From contig JAQBQH010000073.1 of NCBI GenBank assembly GCA_028287105.1, positions 1,963-65,962 of the forward strand: a stretch of 64,000 nucleotides of DNA. Reading direction: 5' to 3'. Source of the stretch: Myxococcales bacterium (GTDB lineage Bacteria > Myxococcota_A > Polyangia > Palsa-1104). The notes beneath the pieces were generated by a model that was not told the origin of the DNA, ran no database searches, and worked only from the letters and a program-made list of their open reading frames with translations. The first letter of the stretch is position 1; every line of letters begins with the position of its first letter. Positions 44,742 through 56,140 of this stretch are shown in pieces. The translations under genes and the position numbers were made by a program.

Positions 44742-45950
44742 TTAGCGCGGGCAGCGCGCGTCGGTGAGCGCGGCGCGCCGGCGCTTGAACGCCGCGACCC
44801 AATCGTCGACGGTGACCGCGCGCGGCTTGCCGCCGTCGAACGCGTAGCTCTCCCCGAGCGACTCCACCCGCGCCACCGTGAACAGATCACGCAGCTGCCT
44901 GTCGCCGAGCACCGCCAGCCGCGCCGCCAGGAGCGCGCGTCCCGCTTCACCGATGGTCGGGTTCGCCGGCGACGCGCGCGTCAGCCAGTGCACGCGGCAG
45001 CTGGCCGCGTCCTCCCACATCGGCAGCGACGACCAGGACGCGAAGTGCGGGCGGGCGTCGCGATCGATGATGCCGAACACGCGCGACGCTCCACGCCCGA
45101 AGGTCGATCCGAGGTCCGCTACCAGGAGCCGCGGCGCCGTGCAGTGCCCGGCCGCATCGATGGCGCCGAACGGACAGACCAGCCGCTGATTGGCCGCCTT
45201 GTCGTCGCCGTGCGCGATGAAGGCGGCGAGCAGGCGCAGCGCATCGACCTCCGCCCGCGAAGCGCCACCGACCGACGCGTCGACGATGTCGAGCTCCGCA
45301 AAGGTCCAGCCCTGTTCGTCGCGCGCCGCGACGCAGCGGCCGCCGTCGGCGCGCAGGCACTCCTCGATGGGCACGCCGGGAAAGAGCCGCTGGATGACGG
45401 CGTCCTCGATCATGCGAGTCTTGCGCTCGGTCAGATCGGGCTTCGGATAGTCGCGGTAGGCGAGCCACGGCTCGGCCGGACAGTCGTGGCAGCGCACGCG
45501 CACCGGATAGTTGCGGTCGGTCGCCATCCCGAGCGCCCACAGGAGTCGCGAGCCGAGCACCTCACCAACGGTCTCGGGATTGTCGCTGCCGTACTTGACC
45601 TTGACGTCGGCGCGCCCGCGCTCGCGCTTGAGCGCACAGAAGAACTTCTTGGTCGTGCCGCCGATGGGAACGCGATCTCGACGCGGCTCGATGAAGTGAC
45701 ACGAGACCCGCTCGCCGAAGACGAAGGCGAAGGCGCGGGCGTCGGCGGGCCCCGCCATCAGATCGCGTGGCGCCGTCACCTCGTCGAAGATGCGGGCCCG
45801 CCGTAGATACTCGCTTCGATCGGCGGCGCTCACCGGCGCCAGCGGCTTGTGCGCCTCTTCGGCCAGCGCGCGCGCCGCGTCGAGCGTACCGCGTGAATGG
45901 CCGCACCCCGTCGCCGTCAGCAACGTGGTGACGACGACGACGGCGCGCAT
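44742..45950 (-). CDS. Hypothetical lipoprotein (402 aa).
   Basis: Real start is MRAVVVVTTLLTATGCGH (lipobox). Coding-like GC3. The upstream part of the 472-aa ORF is probably not translated. No family recognised. Confidence 0.55.
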   Translation of the reverse strand: MRAVVVVTTLLTATGCGHSRGTLDAARALAEEAHKPLAPVSAADRSEYLRRARIFDEVTAPRDLMAGPADARAFAFVFGERVSCHFIEPRRDRVPIGGTTKKFFCALKRERGRADVKVKYGSDNPETVGEVLGSRLLWALGMATDRNYPVRVRCHDCPAEPWLAYRDYPKPDLTERKTRMIEDAVIQRLFPGVPIEECLRADGGRCVAARDEQGWTFAELDIVDASVGGASRAEVDALRLLAAFIAHGDDKAANQRLVCPFGAIDAAGHCTAPRLLVADLGSTFGRGASRVFGIIDRDARPHFASWSSLPMWEDAASCRVHWLTRASPANPTIGEAGRALLAARLAVLGDRQLRDLFTVARVESLGESYAFDGGKPRAVTVDDWVAAFKRRRAALTDARCPR

Positions 45951-47647
45951 CAAGCGTCGGCCGGCTTCAGCTCGCGAACGCTCCACACCCGTCCGATGAT
46001 GTTGCCCTCGACGCGCTGCGGAGTCGAGCGCGCCTCCAGTTGGCGGCCGTCGATGAGCCTGAGCATATCGACGCTGCTCTGGTCCGCCGCGAGCGCGCGC
46101 ATCCGCTCCATGAACGGGCGCGGCGCCGCCAGCTGCGACTCGAGCCACCCGAGGAGCCACGCCGAGTCCTGCTTCGCAGTCAGCTCGGCCGGCAGGGCGA
46201 AGAGCGCGACGAAGCGCTCGTTGAACGTCACCACCTGTCCGTTCTCGTCGACCACGAGCAGCCCATCGCTGGTCACCTGCAGCGTCGCTTCGAGCAGCGC
46301 CACCGTGCGCGTGAGCTGCTCGGTCGTGGTGTGCAGCTCGGTCACATCCCAGCAGCTGCCGACCAGCCGCGCCACCTTGTCACCGACGAGAATGGCCTCG
46401 CCGCGCGTGTGCAGCATGCGGATGCTGCCGTCCGGTCGCACGATGCGATGGTCGTAGGCGAAGGGCGTCCCCGCCGCCAGCGCCTGACCGATGACCTGCT
46501 TGGTCTGCTCGCTGTCGTCGCGATGCACGCGCGCGAGGAAGCCTTCGTAGCCCTCGAGCCGGGTGCCGATCGCGACGCCGTAGATGCGATAGAGCTCGTC
46601 CGACCAGAGCACGGAGTTCGCGGCGACGTCCCACTCCCAGCTGCCGACATGGGCCACCCTCTGCGCTTCGATCAGCCGCGCGCGACTCATCTGGAGCGCC
46701 TGCTCTGCGCGCCTGCGTTCGGTGATCTCGGTGAAGAAGACCGAGATCCCCTCCGGCGACGGATAGATGCGGTTCTCGAACCAGCGCCCCCACGGCTCGT
46801 AGCACGCCTCGAGCGTGATCGCGACCTGCTCGCTCATCGCCCGTTCGTACGCGGCGTGAAACGGCTGCCCGACCCCTTCCGGGAACTCGGTCCAGATGTG
46901 CTTGCCGACGAGACCAGCGGGCGTGCGACCGAAAAGCTCGGCGGCGCGCTCGTTGACGTAGATGTAGCTCCAGTTGCGATCGAGCGCGATGAACGCATCG
47001 CCGATCCGCTCGAGTAGTTGGCGCGTTCGACGGTGCGCCTCTTCGACCTCGCGCGTGCGCAGCTCGACGCGCGCCTTGAGATCGTTCTGCGCGGCCAGGA
47101 GCGCTTCGACCGCCTCTTGGCGCAGCGCCTCGGAGCGGCGCAGCTCGAGCAGCTCGCGCCGCGTCTCGAACAGCTCCATCACCTCGTCGCGCATCATCTG
47201 CAGCGTGCGCGCCTGAAGATCGCTCAGCGAGCGCGGCGCGTAGTCGAGGACGCACAGCGTGCCGAGCGCGTGACCGAGCGGCGTGCGCAACGGTGCCCCC
47301 GCGTAGAAGCGCACGCGCGGCCACGCGGCCACCAGCGCCTCGGTGGAGAAGCGGCTGTCGGCGGCCGTGTCCTCGGAGATCAGCAGCGTCGACTGATGGA
47401 GCGCGAGATTGCAGAACGAGCTGTCGATCGGCGACTCGTTCGGATGCTCGGCGGGCAGCCCCCAGCGCGCGACCAGCCGCTGCGAGCGTTCGCCCACGAA
47501 CGTGATCGCTGCCAGCGGGGTCTCGCACAGCCGCGCCGCCAGCTCCACGAGTCGCACGAGCGCGGCGTCTCCCTCGTCGAAGAGCTGGTACCGCCGCAGC
47601 TCATCGAGTCGCTGACTCTCGTCGCCCGTCATCGCGCTCGCGAGCAT
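45950..47647 (-). CDS. GAF + triple-PAS sensor protein without a recognisable output domain.
   Basis: The GAF block (RFSTEALVAAWPRVRFYAGAPLRTPLGHALGTLCVLDYAPR) is followed by three PAS/PAC modules. No HisKA/HATPase, GGDEF or other output domain. Confidence 0.75.
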   Translation of the reverse strand: MLASAMTGDESQRLDELRRYQLFDEGDAALVRLVELAARLCETPLAAITFVGERSQRLVARWGLPAEHPNESPIDSSFCNLALHQSTLLISEDTAADSRFSTEALVAAWPRVRFYAGAPLRTPLGHALGTLCVLDYAPRSLSDLQARTLQMMRDEVMELFETRRELLELRRSEALRQEAVEALLAAQNDLKARVELRTREVEEAHRRTRQLLERIGDAFIALDRNWSYIYVNERAAELFGRTPAGLVGKHIWTEFPEGVGQPFHAAYERAMSEQVAITLEACYEPWGRWFENRIYPSPEGISVFFTEITERRRAEQALQMSRARLIEAQRVAHVGSWEWDVAANSVLWSDELYRIYGVAIGTRLEGYEGFLARVHRDDSEQTKQVIGQALAAGTPFAYDHRIVRPDGSIRMLHTRGEAILVGDKVARLVGSCWDVTELHTTTEQLTRTVALLEATLQVTSDGLLVVDENGQVVTFNERFVALFALPAELTAKQDSAWLLGWLESQLAAPRPFMERMRALAADQSSVDMLRLIDGRQLEARSTPQRVEGNIIGRVWSVRELKPADA

Positions 47648-47709
47648 ATCCGATTCCGCTGGCGCGGGTGCGGGTCGCGAGTTCACAATGCGCCGGTGGA
47701 GGTGGGGGC

Positions 47710-49887
47710 GTGGACGCGCGGCTGAGCGAGCTGTGCGAGGGTTTGCCGATGGGCGTCTTCGTCGTCGACGACGAAGGTGGGCTCGCGTACGGCAACGCTT
47801 CCTGGCGTCGGATGGTCGGCGAGCGCTCGCTCGTCGAGTGGCTCGCCGCGCTTCCGCCCGACAGCAGCGCCGAAGCGACCGCCTGCTGGCAAGCGTGTCG
47901 TCGGGACGGCACCCCGTTCGCGCTGATGATCTCCTTGCCCGGCCCCGCGCCGGTGTGGCTGCGCTGGCGTGGGCTGCGCCTCGCCGACGGACGCATCGGG
48001 GGAACACTCGATGACGTCACCGCGCTACAGCGGTCGGGCGAAGAGGCCGAAGCCGCCAGCCGCGCCAAGAGCGAATTCCTCGCCAACATGAGCCACGAGA
48101 TCCGCACACCGATGAACGCCATCATCGGCATGTCGGATCTCTTGTGGGAGACCGCGCTCGATAGCATGCAGAGGCGGTACGTCGGCATCCTGCGCGACGC
48201 GGGCGAGCACCTCCTCGGGCTCCTCAACGACATCCTCGACCTGTCGAAGATCGAGGCGGGCGAGCTGCGCCTCGAGCGCCACGACCTCAGCGTGCGCGAG
48301 CAGATCGAGAAGGCGACCGAGCTCATCGCCGGTCGCGCGCGCACCAAGGGCATCGAGTTCGCCGCCGACATCGCCGCCGACGTGCCGCCGCGCGTAGTCG
48401 GCGACTCGTTGCGCCTGCGTCAGGTGCTCATGAACCTGTTGTCGAACGCGGTCAAGTTCACCGACAAGGGCGAGATCGCGCTGCGCGTCGCGCGCGGCGC
48501 CGGCCCCGACGTGCTGCGCTTCACCGTGCACGACAGCGGCATCGGCATCGCCGGCGAAAAACAGAAGCGCCTCTTCCACCCGTTCATGCAGCTCGCCGAT
48601 CCGTCGGGACAGCGCGCGCCCGGCACTGGTCTCGGCCTCAGCATCTCGCGCCGCCTCGTCGAGATGATGGGCGGGCGCATCTGGTTCGAGAGCGTCGAGG
48701 GGAGCGGCTCCACTTTCGTGTTCGAGCTGCCGCTGCCCGCACCCGAGGCCGGACAGACGCGACCGAGCGGCATCTCGGTGAACCTGCGCGGCATGCGCGC
48801 GCTCGTGGCGGATGCCAACCCCACCGGTCGGTTGATCCTGCGCGAGATGTTGGGAGGATGGGGCGCCGCCGTCGAGGAGATGAGCGATCCGGACGCGTTG
48901 CGCTCGCGGCTGCCGGCGCCCTTCGACATCCTGGTGCTGGCGCGCAACCTCAACGAGGGCGGCGCGGAGCTGGTGCGCCACGTGCGCGAGCGCTTCGAGC
49001 CGTCGCAGCTGATCATCATCCTCGTCGTGTCCGACGTCGCCCGCGACGACGACGCGGCCCGCAAGGAGCTCGGCATCTCCGCGCTCGTCATGAAGCCGGT
49101 CAAGCGGCGCGACCTCATGGAAGCGCTCTCCAGCGCGCTCTCGGGCGAGTATCGCGCCGACCGCGTGCGCGGGGCCGCGCCCGAGCCCGCGCCGCCACGT
49201 CGGCTGCGCATCCTGCTCGCCGACGACAGCGAGGACAACCGACTCCTGGTGCGCGCCTTCTTGGCGGACAGCGGCCACAACCTCGACGTCGCCGTCGATG
49301 GCCAGCAGGCGGTCGAGCTGGCCGGCAACATCAACTACGATCTCATTCTCATGGACCTCGAGATGCCGGTCATGAGCGGCTTCACGGCCACGCGCGAGAT
49401 CCGCCGTCGCGAGCGCGAGCACAGCCTCTTGCCGACGCCGATCCTGGCGCTGACGGCGCACACGCTGCCCGAGCAGATCGAGCGCAGCCTGGAAGCGGGC
49501 GTCAACGGCCACCTGCACAAGCCGCTGCGCAAGGCGGAGCTGGTCGCAGCCGTCAATGGCGCCGTCGCCGCGCCGGCTGCCTCCGGTCCGCGCCTCCACG
49601 TCGCGGTCACTCCGACGGTGGCGCCGCTGGTTCCGACGTTCCTGGCCAACCGCCGAAAGGACGTCGCCAACGCGCGCGCGGCACTCGAGCGCCGCGACTA
49701 CCACTCGTTGTGGGTGCTGGCCCATACGATGAAGGGCCTCGGCGCCAGCTACGGCTTCGACGGCATCAGCGACATCGGCGTCGAGATGGAGCGCGCCGCG
49801 CTCTCACGCGAACAGGCGGCCCTTTCACGCGCCGTCGATGCGCTCGAGCGCTATCTCGGCCAGGTCGACTTCTCGGTCGCTTCCTAG
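47710..49887 (+). CDS. Hybrid sensor histidine kinase: PAS - HisKA - HATPase - (pseudo)receiver - receiver - Hpt.
   Basis: H-box MSHEIRTPMNAIIGM. G-boxes (GTGLGLSI). Receiver ILLADDSEDNRLL...LILMDLEMPVMSGF. Hpt motif AHTMKGLGASYGF. GTG start with RBS GGAGGTG. Confidence 0.85.
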   Translation: MDARLSELCEGLPMGVFVVDDEGGLAYGNASWRRMVGERSLVEWLAALPPDSSAEATACWQACRRDGTPFALMISLPGPAPVWLRWRGLRLADGRIGGTLDDVTALQRSGEEAEAASRAKSEFLANMSHEIRTPMNAIIGMSDLLWETALDSMQRRYVGILRDAGEHLLGLLNDILDLSKIEAGELRLERHDLSVREQIEKATELIAGRARTKGIEFAADIAADVPPRVVGDSLRLRQVLMNLLSNAVKFTDKGEIALRVARGAGPDVLRFTVHDSGIGIAGEKQKRLFHPFMQLADPSGQRAPGTGLGLSISRRLVEMMGGRIWFESVEGSGSTFVFELPLPAPEAGQTRPSGISVNLRGMRALVADANPTGRLILREMLGGWGAAVEEMSDPDALRSRLPAPFDILVLARNLNEGGAELVRHVRERFEPSQLIIILVVSDVARDDDAARKELGISALVMKPVKRRDLMEALSSALSGEYRADRVRGAAPEPAPPRRLRILLADDSEDNRLLVRAFLADSGHNLDVAVDGQQAVELAGNINYDLILMDLEMPVMSGFTATREIRRREREHSLLPTPILALTAHTLPEQIERSLEAGVNGHLHKPLRKAELVAAVNGAVAAPAASGPRLHVAVTPTVAPLVPTFLANRRKDVANARAALERRDYHSLWVLAHTMKGLGASYGFDGISDIGVEMERAALSREQAALSRAVDALERYLGQVDFSVAS

Positions 49888-49958
49888 CAAAAGGTGGCAG
49901 CGGCGCGGGCCTCCGACTGGGGGGGGATCCGATCGGAAGCCACACGCCGCCGCCATAA

Positions 49959-50396
49959 TCAGTCTTGGTTCCTGGTTCGCGCGTCGTCCCTCATCGCCGC
50001 GAGCAGCTGCGCCGGCTCGAGCGGACCCTGCAGCACCGCATGCGCCGCGTCCTCGGTGATCGGTGCGGCCGCCATCGCCGCGCGTCCGCGTCGCGCATGC
50101 TTGAAGAGGATCCGGCGCACGTGCGGATGCTCGCGCGCCACCATCGCCAACAGCGCGTCGCCGCGATACGGAGGCATCTCGAAGGCCGCGACGATCACGT
50201 CCGGAACGCGCTTGGACACCTCGTGAACCGCTTCGCGCAGACCGACCGCGATGCGTACCAGGTGTCTCTGCCTGAGCACCCGCGCCACCGCGCAAGCGTC
50301 CCCCACGTCATCATCCACCACCAACACGTCGAGCGATTTGAGCACTTCGGATCCCCTGCCGGGCCCATGTGCAGCGTGCGTGCCGATGTGACGCAC
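49959..50396 (-). CDS. Stand-alone response-regulator receiver domain protein.
   Basis: LDVLVVDDDVGD...VIVAAFEMPPYRGDALL. Confidence 0.6.
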   Translation of the reverse strand: MRHIGTHAAHGPGRGSEVLKSLDVLVVDDDVGDACAVARVLRQRHLVRIAVGLREAVHEVSKRVPDVIVAAFEMPPYRGDALLAMVAREHPHVRRILFKHARRGRAAMAAAPITEDAAHAVLQGPLEPAQLLAAMRDDARTRNQD

Positions 50397-50473
50397 GCTC
50401 TCACTGCGCTTACGCGAGGACGACGCGGGGCGAAACGCCCGCGTGTGGCAAAAAGGGGCGCCCTGGGCGCGGG

Positions 50474-51838
<1,365 letters not shown>

Positions 51839-51846
51839 GCGCGCCC

Positions 51847-52395
51847 CTAGGCGGACATGGCCGCGCGAACGCGTGGGCGTGTAAAGAAGGCGATGAGCAG
51901 GATGGGGTAGGGCGAGTAGAAGAAGACCATCATGCCGGCGTAGACCGCGCCGAACAGCGTGCCGACCTGCTTGGCGCCCGCCGCCGCCTCGGGGTTCGTC
52001 TGCGCCAGCGCGCTGAAGAAGGTGCCGCTGCTGAACATCCGCGACATGAGGATCGCCATGACCACCACGCAGCCGAGCGCGACGACACTCCAGCGCACCG
52101 TCCACACGGCGGCCCAAGCGCGGTAGCGCAGCTGGCCGATGCCGAGCGCCAACAGCGTCGACGACATGACGAGCAGGATGGCGCTCATGGCGCCCATCAC
52201 GAGGTACATGTGCGAGAGCATCTCGAGCGCTTGGCGGTCCGCCGCGCGGCCCGGCGGCGCGTGTCGCAGCATGAGTGGCACGAGCAGCCCCAGCACGCCG
52301 AACAGGCTGCCGAAGAGCACGATGCTCGCGAAGATGATCGAGAGGATTCCCAGCGTACGCGGAGCCCGCGTCACACCCACCACCGGCTGCACCAT
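51847..52395 (-). CDS. Hypothetical 4-TM membrane protein.
   Basis: Four hydrophobic helices. Positioned directly after the NtrC-family gene. Confidence 0.5.
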   Translation of the reverse strand: MVQPVVGVTRAPRTLGILSIIFASIVLFGSLFGVLGLLVPLMLRHAPPGRAADRQALEMLSHMYLVMGAMSAILLVMSSTLLALGIGQLRYRAWAAVWTVRWSVVALGCVVVMAILMSRMFSSGTFFSALAQTNPEAAAGAKQVGTLFGAVYAGMMVFFYSPYPILLIAFFTRPRVRAAMSA

Positions 52396-52440
52396 AGAGC
52401 GAATACTACTCCGTTGCGGGGCGGCGTAAAGCCGTGCCGA

Positions 52441-53505
52441 TCAGCCGATCGGGGGGCAGCCGTAGATGGCGGTGACCATCGTGATGACGCCCTTCTGCAG
52501 CGCGTCGCAGGCCATGCCGTAGAAGTTGATCGACAGGTTGTTCGGACCGTAGTCCCACCCGTTCATGTGGGTCTTGTCGCGCGGAATGATCATGCCGTTG
52601 CCGTCGATCTCGACGAGGTCGGGATTGGCGGGCGCCTTCTGCAGGGCGTACGAGCAGGAGACGAGCTGGCCGGTGACCTTGTTGAGCACGTTGACGAGGT
52701 CGGTGCTCGTCGACGCTTCGTAATACGGCTTCTGTCCGGCCGTCATGTTCGGGACGCCGCCGGCGTTGGCCATCGCGGTCAGCGTCGCGTCGGCGCCGGT
52801 ATTGGCGATGCCGACGACGAAGACCTTGATGCCGTTCGACACCGCGTTGGTGATGGCGGCGACGGTGGTGTTCTGGTCGTCGTTGCAGGTCGGCTCGCCG
52901 TCGGTGGCGACGAGGAGGTAGTGGGTGTGACCGTTGGCCAGGCCCTTCAAGTACGTGACGGCGGACTTGATGGCCTCGCCGGTCGGCGTGCCGCCGCCGG
53001 GCATGGCGTTGGTGAGCGCCGTCGAGATGGCGCCGGCGCTGGTCGCCGAAATGGCGACGTCAGGCATGGTCGGGACGGAGCAGGTGTTGAACCCGCCGCC
53101 GTTCGCGTCGGGGAACATGAGCAGGCCCCACTCGACCGTGGAGACCGCGCTGACGACCTGCTTGAGGGCGGTCGTCATCGACGTCCACTTCGACGGCGTC
53201 GTGTTGCCGCCGCTGGCGTCCATCGACATCGAGCCGGAGCGATCCTGGATGAGGAGGAGGTCGGGCGTGCCGCCCTTGGTGAGCATGAAGTCCTGAACGC
53301 CGCAGTTGTTGCCGGTGCCGCCGCCGCCGCCGCCTGAGCCGCCGCCACCGGAGCCGCCCGTGCCGCCGTTGCCGCCGGTTCCCGAGCCACCGCCGCCGCC
53401 GGTTCCGCCGGAGCCGCCCGTGCCGCCGTGGTTGATGTTGGGACTTCCGCAGCCGGCGACGACGGCCGTTGCGAGCGCGAACATAATCGAGGCGAAAGAC
53501 TTCAT
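52441..53505 (-). CDS. von Willebrand factor type A (vWA) domain lipoprotein with N-terminal poly-Gly/Ser/Thr linker.
   Basis: RBS GGAGG. Lipobox VVAGCG. MIDAS motif LIQDRSGSM with downstream T and D residues. Confidence 0.7.
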   Translation of the reverse strand: MKSFASIMFALATAVVAGCGSPNINHGGTGGSGGTGGGGGSGTGGNGGTGGSGGGGSGGGGGGTGNNCGVQDFMLTKGGTPDLLLIQDRSGSMSMDASGGNTTPSKWTSMTTALKQVVSAVSTVEWGLLMFPDANGGGFNTCSVPTMPDVAISATSAGAISTALTNAMPGGGTPTGEAIKSAVTYLKGLANGHTHYLLVATDGEPTCNDDQNTTVAAITNAVSNGIKVFVVGIANTGADATLTAMANAGGVPNMTAGQKPYYEASTSTDLVNVLNKVTGQLVSCSYALQKAPANPDLVEIDGNGMIIPRDKTHMNGWDYGPNNLSINFYGMACDALQKGVITMVTAIYGCPPIG

Positions 53506-53752
53506 GGGAACCTCCGCAGCGTGCACCTAGCAATCCGAGGACCGTGCGATTGGTCGGACCATGAGCCCACGTACGCGTGTGTAGGTGCGAGGCAAATGCG
53601 CGCGAAGGTTCCAGGACTTTCCGCTGCACACGGCGGTGATCAGCGGCGGGGAGAACATGTTCCAGGGCGGAGTGCCGCAGCGACCGTGGGAAAATGGGTC
53701 GCAACTCGCACTGCGCAGATCGGTGCTACTGTTTCCGCCTCTGGAGGTTCGC

Positions 53753-55237
53753 ATGGGCGCGCTCGCCACCGTCGACGCCGACAAACGCGACGTCATCGTC
53801 TCTCGCAATCCGCTCACCGGCGCCGTTCTCGGCGAGCTTCGCGAGTCGACCGCCGTCGAAATTCGCGACGCCGTCTCGCGCGCACGCGGCGCCCAGGGAG
53901 CGTGGGGCAAGCTGAGCGTCAAGGAGCGTTGCAGCCGGGTCGCGCGCTTCCGCGATGCCGTGGTCGCGCGTGCCGAGGAGCTCTGCGACCTCATCTCCGC
54001 CGAGACCGGCAAGACGCCCGCCGAGGCGCTCTCGATGGAGGTGATGGTCATCGCCGATCTGGCGACCTACTTCATCAAGCGCGCGCCCAAGATCCTGGCG
54101 CCCGAATCGATCTCGCTGCACCTCCTGAAAAATCGCGGCAGCTATCTGCATTTTCAACCGCGCGGTGTCGTCGGCATCATCTCGCCGTGGAACTTCCCGT
54201 TCGGCATCGCCACCGGGGAAGTGATCATGGCGCTCCTCGCCGGCAACGGCGTGGTGCTCAAGCCCTCGGAGGTCACGCCGCTCATCGCGCTCAAGACCAA
54301 GGAGCTCTACGACGCCTCGGGCATGCCGACCGAGCTCTTCCAGGTCGTGCCCGGTCGCGGTCCCGCCGGCGCGGCGCTCATCGACAGCGGCATCGACTAC
54401 TGCATCTTCACCGGCTCGACGGCGACGGGAAAAAAGGTCGGCGCCGCCTGCGGCGAGCGGCTCATTCCGGTGGCGCTGGAGCTCGGCGGCAAGGCGCCCG
54501 CGATCGTCTGCGCCGACGCCGATCTCGATCGCACCGCCAAGGCGCTCGTCTGGGGCGCGTTCGCCAACCAGGGACAGGTCTGCGTCTCGGTCGAGCGCGT
54601 CTACGCGCATCAGGCGGTGCACGACGAGCTGGTGCAGAAGATCTGCGCCGAGGTCGACAAGCTCCGGCCCAACGACGACACCGGCTCGATGACCTGGGAG
54701 CGCCAGACCGAGATCGTCGAGGAGCGCATCGCGTCGGCGGTCGCCGCCGGCGCCAAGGTGCGCACCGGCGGCAAGCGGCGCGGCACCGGGCTGGCGTTCG
54801 CGCCGACGGTGCTGACCGAGTGCCGTCAGGACATGGACGTCATGCGCAAGGAGATCTTCGGACCGGTCATGCCGATCATGAAGGTGCGCGACGAGGAAGA
54901 GGCCATGACGCTGGCCAACGACTCGCAGCTCGGGCTCATGGGTTACGTCTTCACGGCGGACCGGCAGAAGGGTAAGCGACTGGCCGAGAAGCTCGAGACC
55001 GGCACCGCCATGGTCAACGATTGTCTGTTGACGTTCGGCGCGCCCGAGACGCCCTGGGGCGGCGTCAAGCAGTCGGGCGTCGGCGTGACGCACTCGGCGC
55101 ACGGCCTCCGCGACCTGTGCCAGTCGCGGCACGTCAATTACGATCGCATCGCCTTGAAAAAGGAATTGTGGTGGTATCCGTACTCGGACAAGGTCTACAA
55201 GCAGACGCTCAAAATGATGCGGTGGATATTCCGATGA
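53753..55237 (+). CDS. NAD(P)-dependent aldehyde dehydrogenase family protein.
   Basis: GSTATG, ELGGKAP and GQVCVSVER catalytic boxes. RBS GGAGG before ATG 53753. Confidence 0.85.
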   Translation: MGALATVDADKRDVIVSRNPLTGAVLGELRESTAVEIRDAVSRARGAQGAWGKLSVKERCSRVARFRDAVVARAEELCDLISAETGKTPAEALSMEVMVIADLATYFIKRAPKILAPESISLHLLKNRGSYLHFQPRGVVGIISPWNFPFGIATGEVIMALLAGNGVVLKPSEVTPLIALKTKELYDASGMPTELFQVVPGRGPAGAALIDSGIDYCIFTGSTATGKKVGAACGERLIPVALELGGKAPAIVCADADLDRTAKALVWGAFANQGQVCVSVERVYAHQAVHDELVQKICAEVDKLRPNDDTGSMTWERQTEIVEERIASAVAAGAKVRTGGKRRGTGLAFAPTVLTECRQDMDVMRKEIFGPVMPIMKVRDEEEAMTLANDSQLGLMGYVFTADRQKGKRLAEKLETGTAMVNDCLLTFGAPETPWGGVKQSGVGVTHSAHGLRDLCQSRHVNYDRIALKKELWWYPYSDKVYKQTLKMMRWIFR

Positions 55238-55596
55238 GCCCGAAGATTGTCGAAAAGCCCTGGGGTAACGAGCTGATTTGGGCGGTGACCGACCGCTACG
55301 TCGGTAAGATCCTGCATATCAAGAAGGGGCACTCGCTGTCGCTCCAGTACCATAACCAGAAAGACGAAACGGTTATGGTTCTGACCGGCAAAATGGAGTT
55401 TGTTCATTATCGCGAAGGCGAGGAGCCGAGCTCCACGGTCCTCTTGCCGCGCCAGCCCTTCCACGTCACGCCGCTCTTGCGCCATCGCATGATCGCGCTC
55501 GAGGACACCGACGTCGTCGAGGTATCGACGACGGAGCTCGATGACGTGGTCCGCCTGGAGGACAAGTACGGCCGCGAGGGAACCTCGAAGGCGTAG
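55234..55596 (+). CDS. Cupin-domain protein (120 aa).
   Basis: ATGA overlap with the aldehyde dehydrogenase stop. Cupin motifs (HSLSLQYHNQKDETVMVLTGKMEF; PLLRHRMIAL). Noticeably lower GC. Confidence 0.6.
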   Translation: MSPKIVEKPWGNELIWAVTDRYVGKILHIKKGHSLSLQYHNQKDETVMVLTGKMEFVHYREGEEPSSTVLLPRQPFHVTPLLRHRMIALEDTDVVEVSTTELDDVVRLEDKYGREGTSKA

Positions 55597-55611
55597 CGCG
55601 CGGTCGCGGCG

Positions 55612-56112
55612 ACTAGGGCTGTCCCTAATCTGTTCGCGGTCTGCCGGCGGTATGTGGTTGTGCCACCGACGGCGGCACGCAGTGGGGCCGCTCCCGCCGT
55701 CGGAATCCGTCGCAGTCGCCGCTTCGCGGCGTGCTCCTCCATCGTTCGGCCTTACGTCGCGCTGCGCGCGACGAGCCTCACTCTACGCCGTCGGGATCGG
55801 CCCCACTGCGTCCCGCCTCTTTGCCGAGGTCAGGCGCCTCGTCGCGGCGAGCACATCAGCTGAGCCACAGCCAGGTGCAGGCGACTTCCACCATGCCCAG
55901 ATCGTTGACTGCCGTTTTGTCATAGCGGCTGGCGACGGCGCGGAAGCGCCAGTCTTCGCGCGGTATAGCACCGCATCGACGAATTCGCGGTCGCCGATCT
56001 TGGATCGCGGACCGAACTTCGGCTTCGGAAGGAACAAACTCTCTCTGCCGCTCGAACGCGCAAACGATCGAAATGATCGCGCTTTCAGAAACGCCCGATT
56101 AGGGACAGCCCG
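55612..56112 (-). mobile_element. Internally deleted IS5-family insertion-sequence remnant (MITE-like, ~500 bp) bounded by 15-bp terminal inverted repeats.
   Basis: TIRs TAGGGCTGTCCCTAATC (55614-55630) and GATTAGGGACAGCCC (56096-56110). The minus-strand translation contains KFGPRSKIGDREFVDAVLYRAKTGA, resembling the N-terminal region of IS5/IS1031-group DDE transposases, followed by frameshift. No DDE core is present. Confidence 0.55.
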
Positions 56113-56140
56113 ACAGCCCCTAAGGCGGTGCGTATCGGCG

